From the NCBI GenBank assembly GCA_964016885.1, contig OZ024740.1:59582001-59646000 (forward strand): a DNA stretch of 64,000 nt. Direction: 5' to 3'. Shown here piece by piece: positions 1 to 13,300 of the stretch. Below the pieces are notes generated by a model, which saw nothing but the letters and a program-made list of their open reading frames with translations, made no database searches and had not been told where the DNA came from. Every line of letters starts with the position of its first letter. The first letter of the stretch is position 1. This stretch comes from Eledone cirrhosa. Taxonomy: Eukaryota. The translations under genes were made by a program, and so were the position numbers.

Positions 1-1491
1 AAGCCATGTATAAAGAAACAGTCAGCAAGGTTAGAATTAACAACGAATATAGTGAAGAGTTTAGCGTAAAAGTTGGTGTTCATCAGGGCTCCATTCTTAG
101 CCCCCTACTATTTATTATTGCCCTTCAGGCTATAACAAAGGAGTTCAAGACCGGCTGCCTATGAGAACTCCTATACGCAGATGATCTAACGCTCATAGCT
201 GAATCAATGGCTGAACTAGAGAAGAAATTCCAAACATGGAAGCATGGCCTAGAATCAAAAGGCCTTAAAATTAACCTGTCTAAGACTAAAGTTATAGTTT
301 GTAGGAAGGAAAATAGGGCACCGGTCCCATCCGGGAAATGGCCATGCTCAGTGTGTAGGAATGGAGTAGGCAGAAACTCCATTTTATGTCCCAAATGCAA
401 AGTATGGGTGCATAAAAGATGTAGTGGGATCACAGGTAAGCTAACTAAGAATATATGTGGCCGCTGCTCTGGTGCAATAAGTAGCAGCAAGTGCCCACAG
501 AATACTAGCTTATTCCATTGCACAGATGGTTCTACAGAAATAGTGGACACCCTCCGTTACTTGGGTGACAAAATCAGCAGTGGTGGAGGGTGCTCTGAAA
601 GTACAGTAGCTAGAGTCAGAACTGGATGGAAAAAGTTCAGAGAACTTATACCACTATTAGCCGCTAAAGGGTTCTCTCTAAAAATGAAAGGCAGGCTGTA
701 TGATGCCTGCATACGAACAGCAATGTTACATGGCAGTGAGACCTGGGCATTGTGTGCAGAGGATATACGCAGCCTGGAGAGGAACGAAGCTTGCATGCTC
801 CGCTGAATGTGTAATAGTAACATACGTGAACGGCAAAGCATAAACGAACTAAGGGAAAAATTAGAAATAAGAAGGATCAGATGTTGTTTACTCGAGAGAA
901 GACTACTTTGGTACGGTCAAGTGATGCGCATGAAAGCCGACAGCTGTATAAAAAAGTGCAGGGCAATAAAAATAGATGGTAACCACGGAGTAGGCAGACC
1001 CAGAAAAACCTGGGACGACCTGATAAATTCCGACCTCACACACTTACACCTCTCCAAGTCAATGTCACTGGACTGAGATTTCTGGCGCTACACAGTAATA
1101 CAGAAGACCCACCTTACCTAAGTACAAAGTAAAACCTACTACAATCAGTAGGCATCTCTAACAAAAATACACCTCTGTCCCACTACCCCCACCCCATCCA
1201 CACCACCCCTTTCAATGTCAAGTTATGTTGGTACCACAACATACAGTCCGAAACAAATGAGGTCATGTAGGTGTCATAACAAAAAAAAACACACAGTCCA
1301 CGCTGTAATGTGGCCATGTAGGTAACACGCTAAAAACCTCCCAGTCCACACTGTAAACGTGGTTGGTGTTAGGAAGTGCATCCAGCCGTAGAAAACCCGC
1401 CAGACAGTCCTAAGCGAGCAAAACAACCACTCTTGCCTCAAGTGGGAAAACTCCCGTCCAAACCCATGCAAGCGTGGAAGATGGCCGTTAA

Positions 1492-1520
<29 letters not shown>
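1..1520 (+). mobile_element. RTE-clade LINE, family B, 3' part (RT C-terminus, 3' UTR, (GAT)n tail); in-frame stops
   Basis: GVHQGSILSP and LLYADD motifs at 75-190; ORF fragments 207-806 and 807-1076; GRPRKTW C-terminal motif; (GAT)n tail at about 1491-1520. Confidence 0.92.
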
Positions 1521-1523
<3 letters not shown>

Positions 1524-1689
1524 TATTAGGTTTTTAATTGCTTATGTGAGTTTCTACTATACAACCTGGTACACCTCTGTGTTTCTGAAGTATATGTAGT
1601 ATTGCAGTCTTTTGAGTATGTAGAATTGTGTTTGTAGGGCTTGATTAAAACCTTCAGAGGCCCTAAGCATTAAAATGGTTATGGTACAC

Positions 1690-1818
1690 TCAGGTTAGCT
1701 TTGCCTTTCATCCTTACGAGGGTTGATAAATAAAGCAGCAGTAACACACTGGGATCGATTTAATTGACTTTCTCCTCCCTTCAAATTGCTGACCTTGTGC
1801 CAAAACTAGAAACAATAT
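1690..1818 (+). mobile_element. tRNA-derived SINE, core and 3' portion
   Basis: gcctttcatccttacgagggttgataaa core shared with the other SINE copies. Confidence 0.75.
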
Positions 1819-1819
<1 letters not shown>

Positions 1820-1858
<39 letters not shown>

Positions 1859-1895
1859 GGTGGTGGTGGTGGTGGTGGTTGTAGCAGTAGTAGTG

Positions 1896-1960
<65 letters not shown>

Positions 1961-1997
1961 GGTGGTAGTTGTAACAGTAGTAGTGGTAGTTGTTGTT

Positions 1998-2030
<33 letters not shown>

Positions 2031-2031
2031 A

Positions 2032-2062
<31 letters not shown>

Positions 2063-2114
2063 GGTAGTAGTAGTAGTGGTGGTGGTACTAGTAGTACTAG
2101 TAGTAGTGGTGGTG

Positions 2115-2185
<71 letters not shown>

Positions 2186-2186
2186 T
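1820..2186. repeat. (GTA)n/(GTG)n trinucleotide microsatellite
   Basis: Direct reading; explains the poly-V and poly-T ORFs. Confidence 0.97.
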
Positions 2187-2404
2187 ATAAGAGCAGGAAT
2201 AGAAGTGAAAGAAGAAGAATGAAACTGGTAGCAGATGTAATTGCTCACATGCCAATTAGACACATGCTCTCTTTACTTTATGATTTTGTTTAGCCATAAA
2301 CTAGATGAAATATGTTTAATGTAATGTATGTGTGTGTTTAGAAGTGTATACATTTCTATTAATGCATATTTCATATAATATGATTTTATGACTACAAACA
2401 CACA

Positions 2405-2446
<42 letters not shown>

Positions 2447-2487
2447 GATATTAACAAAGGGAAACTATATTTATAAAACCATATTTT

Positions 2488-2548
2488 TTTCATTATACAT
2501 ATTTCAAGGATACCAAGTTAAATTATGGTATGCCTTCATCAGACAAAA
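2488..2548 (-). ncRNA. Type-I hammerhead ribozyme fold in a (TA)n-adjacent mini-element (about 2446-2580)
   Basis: Minus strand: TTTTGT-CTGATGA-aggcATACCA..TGGTATcctt-GAAA-TATGTA-TA-ATGAAA; core intact, stem I pairs with G.U. Confidence 0.7.
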
Positions 2549-2584
2549 TACAATATATACCAGTTTTATAAATAAACATTGACA

Positions 2585-3113
2585 CTGGGATGAGCTGATA
2601 AATTCCGACCTCACACACTTACACCTCTCCAAGACAATGTCACTGGACCGAGACCTGTGGCGGTACTCAATAATAGAGAAGACCCGCCTTACCTAAATAC
2701 AAAGTAAAACCTACTACAGTCAGTAGTCATCTCTAACAAAATACACCCCCGTCCCACCACCCCCACCCCATCCACACCGCCCCTTTCAATGTAAAGTTAT
2801 GTTGGTGCCACAACATCCAGGCCGAAAGAAATGAGATCGTGTAGGTGTCACGACAAAAAACACACAGTCCACGCTGTAATGTGGCCACAGTCCACGCTGT
2901 AATGTGGCCGTGTAGGCAACACGGTAAAAACCTCCCAGACCCACACTGTAAATGTGGTTGGTGTTAGGAAGGGCATCCAACTGTAGAAAACCCGCCAGAC
3001 AGTCCTATGCGAGCAAGACAACCACTCTTGCCTCAAGTGGGAAAACTCCCGTCCAAACCCATGCAAGCGTGGAACACGGACGTTAAACGATGATGATGAG
3101 GATGATGATGATG
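2585..3113 (+). mobile_element. RTE family B, 5'-truncated 3' end with (GAT)n tail
   Basis: Near-identical to 1010-1520. Confidence 0.9.
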
Positions 3114-3207
3114 TACCCTTTCAAAATGTGACCGTTACTTTTGGAAGCCATTATATCAGTTATAAAAATATTTACTTGTTGTATCCCAACAATTTAAATA
3201 GAACTTT

Positions 3208-3257
<50 letters not shown>

Positions 3258-3261
<4 letters not shown>

Positions 3262-3302
3262 TACTTGGGGAGGGTCATATTTGTGTAATATTGCCAGAAT
3301 TA

Positions 3303-3303
<1 letters not shown>
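3258..3303. mobile_element. Solo terminal arm of the 17803-18068 fold-back element, inside (TA)n
   Basis: gttatacttggggagggtcatatttgtgtaatattgccagaatt also at 10270-10320 and 17803. Confidence 0.8.
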
Positions 3304-3334
<31 letters not shown>

Positions 3335-3659
3335 TCCACATGAAGTGATGCATGCATGTTTATGAGTTGGAACAGGAACATGAAACCTTGAAAATACTTC
3401 AGAGTGGATGCATTGGTTCATGAGTGTGCTAGGATATTTTTATGTTTATAAAAGTGCATCCATTAACCTTTTCATTACCACATTTTAAATTAAATGTGTT
3501 GCTTATATGTTTCAATTCATTGTCTAAATTATCAAGAATTTTGAGAGATTTGGTAAAATAATAAATTTTATCATCATTAAACTAGTTTTGAACATACCTT
3601 AAAATTATGAGCATGACTTAGAATTGTAGAGCTACTTCTCCAAATTGAGAGATCACAAC

Positions 3660-3906
3660 TCTGATACTATAGGCATGTGGTTGGAATGTCTCAGGAAAAA
3701 ATCACTGGACAGATTTTATGGGTGAAACCAGCAGGTAGGAGACCCAGGGATAGACCCCGAGCAAGATGGTTGGATAACATCTATGAGCTTCGCTGATCTA
3801 GCCCGATCAGTTGGAGATGGTTGCTTCTGACATGACCCACTGGAGGAAGTATTTGAGGACTCTGCCCTCACGACCATCTCAGGAATAAGTGGGCAAAGAA
3901 GAAGAA
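3660..3906 (+). mobile_element. Degenerate RTE-type LINE 3' end with short (GAA)n tail
   Basis: Encodes KPAGRRPRDRPRARWLDNI, the RTE C-terminal GRPR..W motif. Confidence 0.6.
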
Positions 3907-5875
3907 TTGTGATGGAAGGTTTAAATTTGAAAAGAAATTCTTTTTATCATAGAATGAAGGATGGTTTCAGATGGATTGCCTGGCATCAAAAGGGTCCAGT
4001 TACTTTTCTTGTGCATATGTGTGTGTGTGTGTGTGAACAAGCATGTGCATGCACAAGAAGCAAGAGTTCTACTATGCTAAATGTATGTGGTGGGAGTGTC
4101 AATTGATTAACGTACAAACTGCCTTTCAGCTCTTGAATGTTGGTAACACTCGAATTTCAGAACATTACATATTTCTAGTGCCAGCTCAAGTATGATTCAA
4201 AGGGCTATAATACAGGCCGTGTTCTAAGAAGTTCAGAATAAAGGAATGACTTCTGATAAGTTCTAATAGCTAAGGAGACTTCCAAGTATATGGAAAAAAC
4301 TTCCAAGTATATGGAAATGATGAAAATGCTATTAAATGTATATCAATGAGTGATTGATATTTCATTTAACAGAATCATTTAATCTTCTACTGCAAGTCAG
4401 GTAAACGGTAAATAAAATATTGAAGACAAGAAAAATTTACAAAATAAAATACTATTTTCTTTTCCTGATATATTTTCCCCTGATGAGGCTTTTAATAATC
4501 TAAAACATTCTAGTTTTTTAACATTAAAGAATTTAACCTATTCAAGTTGTTTGCAATATGTACTTCTTTTATCCTTGAAAAATTAAACTTGTGATAAAAA
4601 TATATAGAGGAAAATTAACACTCTGTAAAATAATTGGGATTCAAAGGTAACAACACAAAGGAAAACTCTTCACTCATGTAATGAACATAACAACTTCCCT
4701 AGTGCTGATGTTATGATAATATGTACCCAATACACTCTGTAAAGTTGTCAGTATTAAGAAGAGCATTCAACCATAGAAACCGTGCCAAAAATGGTAAAGA
4801 GAACTCTTCAGTCATATCAAGGACATGAAAATCTCCATAGTATTGGGGCCATGATAAAATGTACCTAGTACACTCTGTAAAGTTGTTGGCATTAGGAAGG
4901 GTATCCAAACATAGAAATCATGCCAAAAAGGGTAGAGAAAGCTCTTCAATCATGCCGAGGAAGATAATCCCTTTAGTGCAAGTGCCACAATAAACCATAG
5001 ATATCATGCCAAAAATAGAATACATTGAAATAAGACATGCCCTGACCCATCCAGGAGAGCAATAGCTCCATTTATGTACATACTTGGTTTGTAATGACCC
5101 ATGAAAATCGAGTCAGCATCGGAAAACAGGTGTAATGTGATGTTAATAGTGATGAAATTCATTTCTTGTATTCTGATATAAACAAAACATTTAGCTAAAA
5201 TAATCCCAATAATTGCCAATACAATCTAGCAAAATCCTGGAACCATAGATATCATAGAACAGTGCATAGAAAAGTGCTTTTAAATAATCACTAATAAATT
5301 ACTATATATGTAGCATCTAATGGACATTAGGAATGCATACTGTCCAATAGAAAAGTATATATATGTTTTTACGTGATAAAATCATTTGTTTTTATACAAG
5401 ACCTCATCAGTATATATAATTGTTAATAATGCTGATATTCATATAGTGTGATGGCTGTAGCAAGCCTGTGTTTCCAAACTTGGGCTGACTGTTAGCATCC
5501 ATTAGCCACATACTTTCAACACTATACTCATACACAATATTACATTTCCTCAAGACAAGCACACAAACACAAAATTTAGCAAACAAAAATAAAAATACTG
5601 ATTCACTGGTACTTTTTGATTTTGACCCATTACAGATAGATGTAGCAATGGGCTGCAATGCATGCTATGCCACATCTTCTAAATACCTTATGCTACTGAT
5701 TAAAACTAACTATCTCTTTTGAACTAATGAACAATAAAAATACACCATTGCAAAGACTCTCTGGAGCTGATTTTCAATTCAACAAGTGTATAAGACAAGC
5801 AAATCTTGGAACATCTCAAAACATTTCCTCTTCTGTGCTAAATGTTTACATGTTCATTTATTTGGTAGCTGAGGG

Positions 5876-6092
5876 TGGTGGATTGGCAGTATCGGTAGAG
5901 GCTCAGAGACCATGCTTTGCAGCAAAGAGTTACAGCCCTTTATGATCTGAGTTCAAATCCAGCCGAGGTTAACTTTGCCTTTCATCCTTACGGAGTCGAT
6001 AAAATAAAGTACCAGCACGCACTGGGGTTGATTTAATCGACTTTCCTCTCCCCCAAAATTGCTGGCCTTGTGCCTATATAAGAAACCATTTA
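5876..6092 (+). mobile_element. tRNA-derived SINE
   Basis: A-box-like TGGCAGTATCGG, B-box-like GAGTTCAAATCC, core GCCTTTCATCCTTACGGAGTCGATAAAATAAAGTACCAG. Confidence 0.88.
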
Positions 6093-6384
6093 TTTGGTAA
6101 GCTTCCAAATTCAAGATGAATTTCATAACATTATGAACACAAATGTAAGGAGACTTTAGACACATTCACAGTAACTTAACCATAACTTATACACAACGAT
6201 AAACTTATTGACTATGATCACCCACCATAATATAATGCTAATGAAATTATGCTGTCTTCTCTGGTGATATTTCCTACATTTTCTTCTATTGTATTCATAA
6301 TATTCATACACATGGAATAGCCATGTTATTTATAAATATGTTCAAGGTAATTCTGTCTCTTCCTTTTGTCTTTTCATTACATAT

Positions 6385-6570
6385 TTGTTTCTACGTTAGG
6401 CACAAGGCCAGCAAATACCCAGTGTATTACTGGTACTTTATTTTATCGACCCCGTAAGGATGAAAGGCAAAGTTAACCTCGGCGGGATTTGAACTCAGAA
6501 TGGCAAGGGCCGTAACTCTATGCGTCAAAGCATGGCGTCCGACCTTCTACCAATACTGCCAATCCACCGT
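6385..6570 (-). mobile_element. tRNA-derived SINE
   Basis: Reverse complement of the same family. Confidence 0.88.
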
Positions 6571-6899
6571 CTTTTCATTACATATTGATGTTAATTCACT
6601 CAAGTTGATTTCCTTACTAACAATAGTTAAATAGTGATCAGCTAAAATAAACATCACTAAATGACCAATACATCTGAAATACTCAATAATTTGCTCGCTT
6701 GCCTACTTACATGCATGTGTGTGCACGCATGGAGGGGTGTGTGTTTACACTGTGAATTTCAAGCAGCACAGATCAAGGTTTGATACATAAGTTACATCCA
6801 GTTTTTTGTGCTTCAATTGTTTTTTTTATCAAAAAAAGAAGAAAAGATGCAACAGACTACAAGTACATATGGTAAGCTCTCTTTTTATGTTTTTAGTTT

Positions 6900-7365
6900 A
6901 ATCATTATCATTATCATCATCGATTAACGTCTATCTTCCATGCTAGCATGGGTTAGAAGGGTTTGTCCCATTTAGAGGCAAGTTGGGTTGGGTGAGCGTG
7001 TCTCGCTCATATAGGAGAGTTTCTGGTTGGTTTTCTTCAGCTGGATGACCATCCTGTGTGCTGGGTGCTTTTTGTTGTGTCTTTTACATGTCCACTTTAC
7101 AGTGTGGGCTGGGTATTTTGGGGCTGGTTTTCTACGGCTTGATGCCCTTCCTAACGCCAACCACATTGACAGTGTGTGCTGGTTGCTTTTTGCTGTGTCT
7201 TTTACACATCCACTTTACAGTGTGGGCTGGGTGTTTTGGGGCTGGTTTTCCATGGATGGATGCCCTTCCTAATGCCAACCACATTTACGGTGTGTGCTGG
7301 GTGTTTTTTGTCATGACACCTACATGATCACTTTACAGTGTGGGCTGGATGTTTTGTGGTACCAG
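6900..7365 (-). mobile_element. RTE 3'-UTR-only insertion with an internally repeated segment of about 115 bp
   Basis: (ATC)n tail at 6900-6922; gatgcccttcctaacgccaac motif repeated. Confidence 0.75.
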
Positions 7366-8419
7366 CATAATATACATGTATATATATATATATATATATA
7401 ATATACATACACATATCATGATATACACATATATATATATTTGCATGCACATATCATACATATACATACACACTTCATATATATATACACACATAAATAT
7501 ATCTCAAATCATAAAGGGCCGTATATATATTTGCATACACATATCATACATATACATACACACTTCATATATATATACACACATAAATATATCTCAAATA
7601 TTATTATACTGTAGTTTCCAATACAAGATAGCACTATCTTCTAATATATTATCAATAATTATTGATACATATTTATAATACAATCAATATTGTCTTTTAC
7701 ACTTTTTTTATTTATTTTGAAATAATCTGGTTTTCTTTCCAGTGGTTCTTTTAATCTGACTCCAAGATACTTTCCAAGAGCTCCTTTAGTCTCATGCTTG
7801 AATGTATTGGGGTTAATAAAAGGCTGAAATATTATGCTTTGAGAGTAGTAGTTTATGAAAATACAAACATATTAACAAGAACCTATTTGTTATATGTAGG
7901 TGAAATGTAGTTTTGAATAATGACATTAGTATATTGTTGAAAATGTGTTTTTAGTATTTTGAAATTAAAATTTAATATTTATGTCTGAAGAAATATATAT
8001 AATTTAATCAATCTTATTAATTGCTTACTATAAACGGCGATGATGATGACATTAATAAATTTATGCGTTTCAAATTGATGGAGAAACTTATGAAAGCAAC
8101 TATAAAAGTTATAGCATAACAAATTAAACAAAGAATTATCTTAAATTAAATGGAGTTTAGGCTTGTATCAGAACAGGTTACTACCAACGTTCTCTTTTTA
8201 GTGAGAAAAATACAGAAGTTTGTAGCTAAGAGCAAGCCACTTGACTTGCAGAAGTCCTGTGAAAAGACACTATGCTCTGTAAATGTTGATGAATAGCTTC
8301 TGAGAAACATGCTTCAAAGATGCCTCCAGTAATGAATTTAGTGAAAAGTTTAACATTCAGATATGTGTCCAGCAGAACTCATTTTCTAGCACTCTTCTGT
8401 TTAATAAAGTTCTTCAGAT

Positions 8420-9375
8420 GAGTTTAAGTTTGTTGCTTCATGGAAACTTCTATTTGCTGATGACCTAGTTCTCTTTGTTGAATCTGTCAAATAATTAGAG
8501 TAAGAATTTTAAAGATAGAAGCAAAGCATACAACTGAGAAGCCTCAGTGTAAACTATAAAAAATGTTTTAGTTAGAGAAAGAATAAAAGGCTCTAATACC
8601 ATCTAGGAAGTGACCATGTTCATTATACAAAAAAGGAGTTATGTAGCAATAGTATATAGTATACCCGATGTAAACTATCTGTGCACAAGGGGTGCAGTTA
8701 GGTTCCAGAGTAGATGATAGAGAAGAATTTTGTAAGTAACAGAGTAGTAGGCAGTAAAACCCTGTATGGAAAACATTCTTCAAAAGGTCTGGAAGGCTCT
8801 TTAGGGGAGTTGATAGTATTTGTTACCTAAGTGACCTAATAAGCAGTGAAGGTGGGTTTTCTGAAACCATAGTAGAGAGTGTAAGAACAGAGTGGGAATA
8901 GTCTAAGGAGCTACTGCCTCTGTTAATAACAAAGAACTTTTCTGAGGGAAGGCAGATTGTATGATGTTTGTGTACAAAGTATGATATTTCATGGTAGCAA
9001 AGAAAGGGTATTAAATGGAGAGGGTGTGAAAAGGCTGAAAGTAATGAAACATGCATGCTTTGTTGGCTGTGTAATGTTGAGAGGAAAACTAGGTAAAGAG
9101 GAATTAGATGTAGTGTGAAAAAGAAAAGTCTAAGCTGGTAGGAATGGACATATGATGGGCATAGTGGCCTGAATAAAGAATTGTGAAGCAAATTTTGTGG
9201 AAGGAACCTGCAAAAGAAGAAGACCAAGGAAAACATGGGAAGAAATATTGAAAGATCATCTCAGGATGCAGAACGTCATGAAGATGGTAACAGATTATAA
9301 TAAATATCAAGATGCTGTGCAGGAGAAAACCTATCAAACTCCTACCAAAATTGGATGTAAAATGATGATGATGAT
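8420..9375 (+). pseudogene. Old degenerate RTE LINE 3' fragment
   Basis: PWKLLFADDLV, PSRKxPC, CYLSDLISSEGG and RRRPRKTWEE remnants; (GAT)n tail. Confidence 0.8.
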
Positions 9376-9409
9376 GTCTATAGTAAAATTTGACCACAAG
9401 AATATAGGA

Positions 9410-9660
9410 AGGAAAACAAACAAATACCAGGGATTGTCCAACCTTTTCCTCTTCACACCGGTCACTTTTGAGACCACAGGCATACTTGGACTCCACACTG
9501 CCAAGCTCCTCTGCAAGATCAAAACAACATCAACCCGTCTGAGGAAGGAGCCCTGCAAGGTGGGGTGGCTGTTGCAGCATGTGTCGCTGACCATTGTCCA
9601 CAGAAATGCCTTTGCAGTCTTGTCTGCAAAGTACAGCCCCAGCACTGCTGTGTCCTAGGC
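9410..9660 (+). pseudogene. C-terminal remnant of a CRE-like (restriction-like endonuclease) non-LTR retrotransposon
   Basis: FTPVTFETTGILG...KEP...WLLQHVSLTIVHRNA resembles the F.P.A.ETLG...EPRE..WL.QR.S.A.QRGNA tail; paralogue at 56682-56860. Confidence 0.6.
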
Positions 9661-10224
9661 CTAGAGCCCATCCCCCTCCCTCTTCCCACTCCTATTCTTC
9701 TGTGACCCTAGAGCCTGTGCCTTTCCCTTCACTTTCTGTTTTTAAATATCTGTAGTGTTGTTATTTGAAATAGATTCATTTATGATTTATTTTATTTTTA
9801 TGAAACGTATTTTGCTTAAATAAAAAAGAATATAGGTCAATTTCTCATTAGCTTCAGTTTAATTCTTCAATATATCCTTAATTCTATCATTAACTTTCAA
9901 CAGATCTATTATAGTTATAAAATATTTCATAGTTTTTATGAATAATCCAGCAACCATCTCAATTCCCATATTTTCTATATAATACTGAAGGTTCAGGGAA
10001 TATAGAGATGAAACTAAAAATATGACCAAGTTTTAATCTACTTAACAGACACAATATAATATATTCACAGCAATAAGTAACCATTGCTGAAACCAAGTAA
10101 TACTTTCTTTAGTTATAACAAATATTTTCATATATCATATTTGGCATAAATAAAAGTACACATGCACACACCCATATATATAAATATATACATACATATA
10201 CATACATATACATATATATATATA

Positions 10225-10273
<49 letters not shown>

Positions 10274-10342
10274 ATACTTGGGGAGGGTCATATTTGTGTA
10301 ATAATATTGCCAGAATTAAATATATATATATATGCATATATA

Positions 10343-13300
10343 GGGTTTCTCTTAGTAGCTTTTTCATGTCGTTAATATTATGATGTTCCCTGCTGTATTA
10401 GCGTTAAATTTTCCCTGCTGTATTAGCGATAAATTTTCGAGGGTTTCTCTTAGTAGCTTTTTCATGTCGTTAATATTATGATGTTCCCTGCTGTATTAGC
10501 GTTAAATTTTCCCTGCTGTATTAGCGATAAATTTTCGAGGGTTTCTCTTAGTAGCTTTTTCATGTCGTTAATATTATGATGTTCCCTGCTGTATTAGCGT
10601 TAAATTTTCCCTGCTGTATTAGCGATAAATTTTCGAGGGTTTCTCTTAGTAGCTTTTTCATGTCGTTAATATTATGATGTTCCCTGCTGTATTAGCGTTA
10701 AATTTTCCCTGCTGTATTAGCGATAAATTTTCGAGGGTTTCTCTTAGTAGCTTTTTCATGTCGTTAATATTATGATGTTCCCTGCTGTATTAGCGTTAAA
10801 TTTTCCCTGCTGTATTAGCGATAAATTTTCGAGGGTTTCTCTTAGTAGCTTTTTCATGTCGTTAATATTATGATGTTCCCTGCTGTATTAGCGTTAAATT
10901 TTCCCTGCTGTATTAGCGATAAATTTTCGAGGGTTTCTCTTAGTAGCTTTTTCATGTCGTTAATATTATGATGTTCCCTGCTGTATTAGCGTTAAATTTT
11001 CCCTGCTGTATTAGCGATAAATTTTCGAGGGTTTCTCTTAGTAGCTTTTTTCATGACGTTATTATTGTTAATTTTACTGATGTAGTATTAACTTATTAAC
11101 TTGGATATTTACCATGCGGTATTCTAATCCTATTGTATCTCTTTCAGTTATTTACCATGCGACCCTCAGTTCCTACCCCCCCCCCTCTATGCACTTCTTT
11201 AAGGCTTACTACCCTGTCTTTAACCTAATTCATTCAATCTGAAAATATTGAAGAGATAAGACACTTTGCCATTCTTCTCTGCTAAAATGTACCAGTAGAG
11301 CTGATTCAAATTTTCCCAGCCAGCCATCCACCTAATCTACGAAGGTATTTTAGCCTACATATTGTCGTTAATATTATGATGTTCCCTGCTGTATTAGCGT
11401 TAAATTTTCCCTGCTGTATTAGCGATAAATTTTCGAGGGTTTCTCTTAGTAGCTTTTTCATGTCGTTAATATTATGATGTTCCCTGCTGTATTAGCGTTA
11501 AATTTTCCCTGCTGTATTAGCGATAAATTTTCGAGGGTTTCTCTTAGTAGCTTTTTCATGTCGTTAATATTATGATGTTCCCTGCTGTATTAGCGTTAAA
11601 TTTTCCCTGCTGTATTAGCGATAAATTTTCGAGGGTTTCTCTTAGTAGCTTTTTCATGTCGTTAATATTATGATGTTCCCTGCTGTATTAGCGTTAAATT
11701 TTCCCTGCTGTATTAGCGATAAATTTTCGAGGGTTTCTCTTAGTAGCTTTTTCATGTCGTTAATATTATGATGTTCCCTGCTGTATTAGCGTTAAATTTT
11801 CCCTGCTGTATTAGCGATAAATTTTCGAGGGTTTCTCTTAGTAGCTTTTTTCATGACGTTATTATTGTTAATTTTACTGATGTAGTATTAACTTATTAAC
11901 TTGGATATTTACCATGCGGTATTCTAATCCTATTGTATCTCTTTCAGTTATTTACCATGCGACCCTCAGTTCCTACCCCCCCCCCTCTATGCACTTCTTT
12001 AAGGCTTACTACCCTGTCTTTAACCTAATTCATTCAATCTGAAAATATTGAAGAGATAAGACACTTTGCCATTCTTCTCTGCTAAAATGTACCAGTAGAG
12101 CTGATTCAAATTTTCCCAGCCAGCCATCCACCTAATCTACGAAGGTATTTTAGCCTACATATTGTCGTTAATATTATGATGTTCCCTGCTGTATTAGCGT
12201 TAAATTTTCCCTGCTGTATTAGCGATAAATTTTCGAGGGTTTCTCTTAGTAGCTTTTTCATGTCGTTAATATTATGATGTTCCCTGCTGTATTAGCGTTA
12301 AATTTTCCCTGCTGTATTAGCGATAAATTTTCGAGGGTTTCTCTTAGTAGCTTTTTCATGTCGTTAATATTATGATGTTCCCTGCTGTATTAGCGTTAAA
12401 TTTTCCCTGCTGTATTAGCGATAAATTTTCGAGGGTTTCTCTTAGTAGCTTTTTCATGTCGTTAATATTATGATGTTCCCTGCTGTATTAGCGTTAAATT
12501 TTCCCTGCTGTATTAGCGATAAATTTTCGAGGGTTTCTCTTAGTAGCTTTTTCATGTCGTTAATATTATGATGTTCCCTGCTGTATTAGCGTTAAATTTT
12601 CCCTGCTGTATTAGCGATAAATTTTCGAGGGTTTCTCTTAGTAGCTTTTTCATGTCGTTAATATTATGATGTTCCCTGCTGTATTAGCGTTAAATTTTCC
12701 CTGCTGTATTAGCGATAAATTTTCGAGGGTTTCTCTTAGTAGCTTTTTCATGTCGTTAATATTATGATGTTCCCTGCTGTATTAGCGTTAAATTTTCCCT
12801 GCTGTATTAGCGATAAATTTTCGAGGGTTTCTCTTAGTAGCTTTTTCATGTCGTTAATATTATGATGTTCCCTGCTGTATTAGCGTTAAATTTTCCCTGC
12901 TGTATTAGCGATAAATTTTCGAGGGTTTCTCTTAGTAGCTTTTTCATGTCGTTAATATTATGATGTTCCCTGCTGTATTAGCGTTAAATTTTCCCTGCTG
13001 TATTAGCGATAAATTTTCGAGGGTTTCTCTTAGTAGCTTTTTCATGTCGTTAATATTATGATGTTCCCTGCTGTATTAGCGTTAAATTTTCCCTGCTGTA
13101 TTAGCGATAAATTTTCGAGGGTTTCTCTTAGTAGCTTTTTCATGTCGTTAATATTATGATGTTCCCTGCTGTATTAGCGTTAAATTTTCCCTGCTGTATT
13201 AGCGATAAATTTTCGAGGGTTTCTCTTAGTAGCTTTTTCATGTCGTTAATATTATGATGTTCCCTGCTGTATTAGCGTTAAATTTTCCCTGCTGTATTAG

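Noticed and set aside
1764-2263. Poly-Val and poly-Thr ORFs
   Set aside because: Translations of a (GTA/GTG)n microsatellite
4470-4520. Possible hammerhead (CCCTGATGAGGC...AAAAC)
   Set aside because: GAAA and the stems are too degenerate to support
5350-5415. Minus-strand CTGATGA with a downstream hairpin
   Set aside because: No GAAA in the required position
5876-6092. tRNA genes
   Set aside because: A/B boxes belong to SINE heads; no cloverleaf
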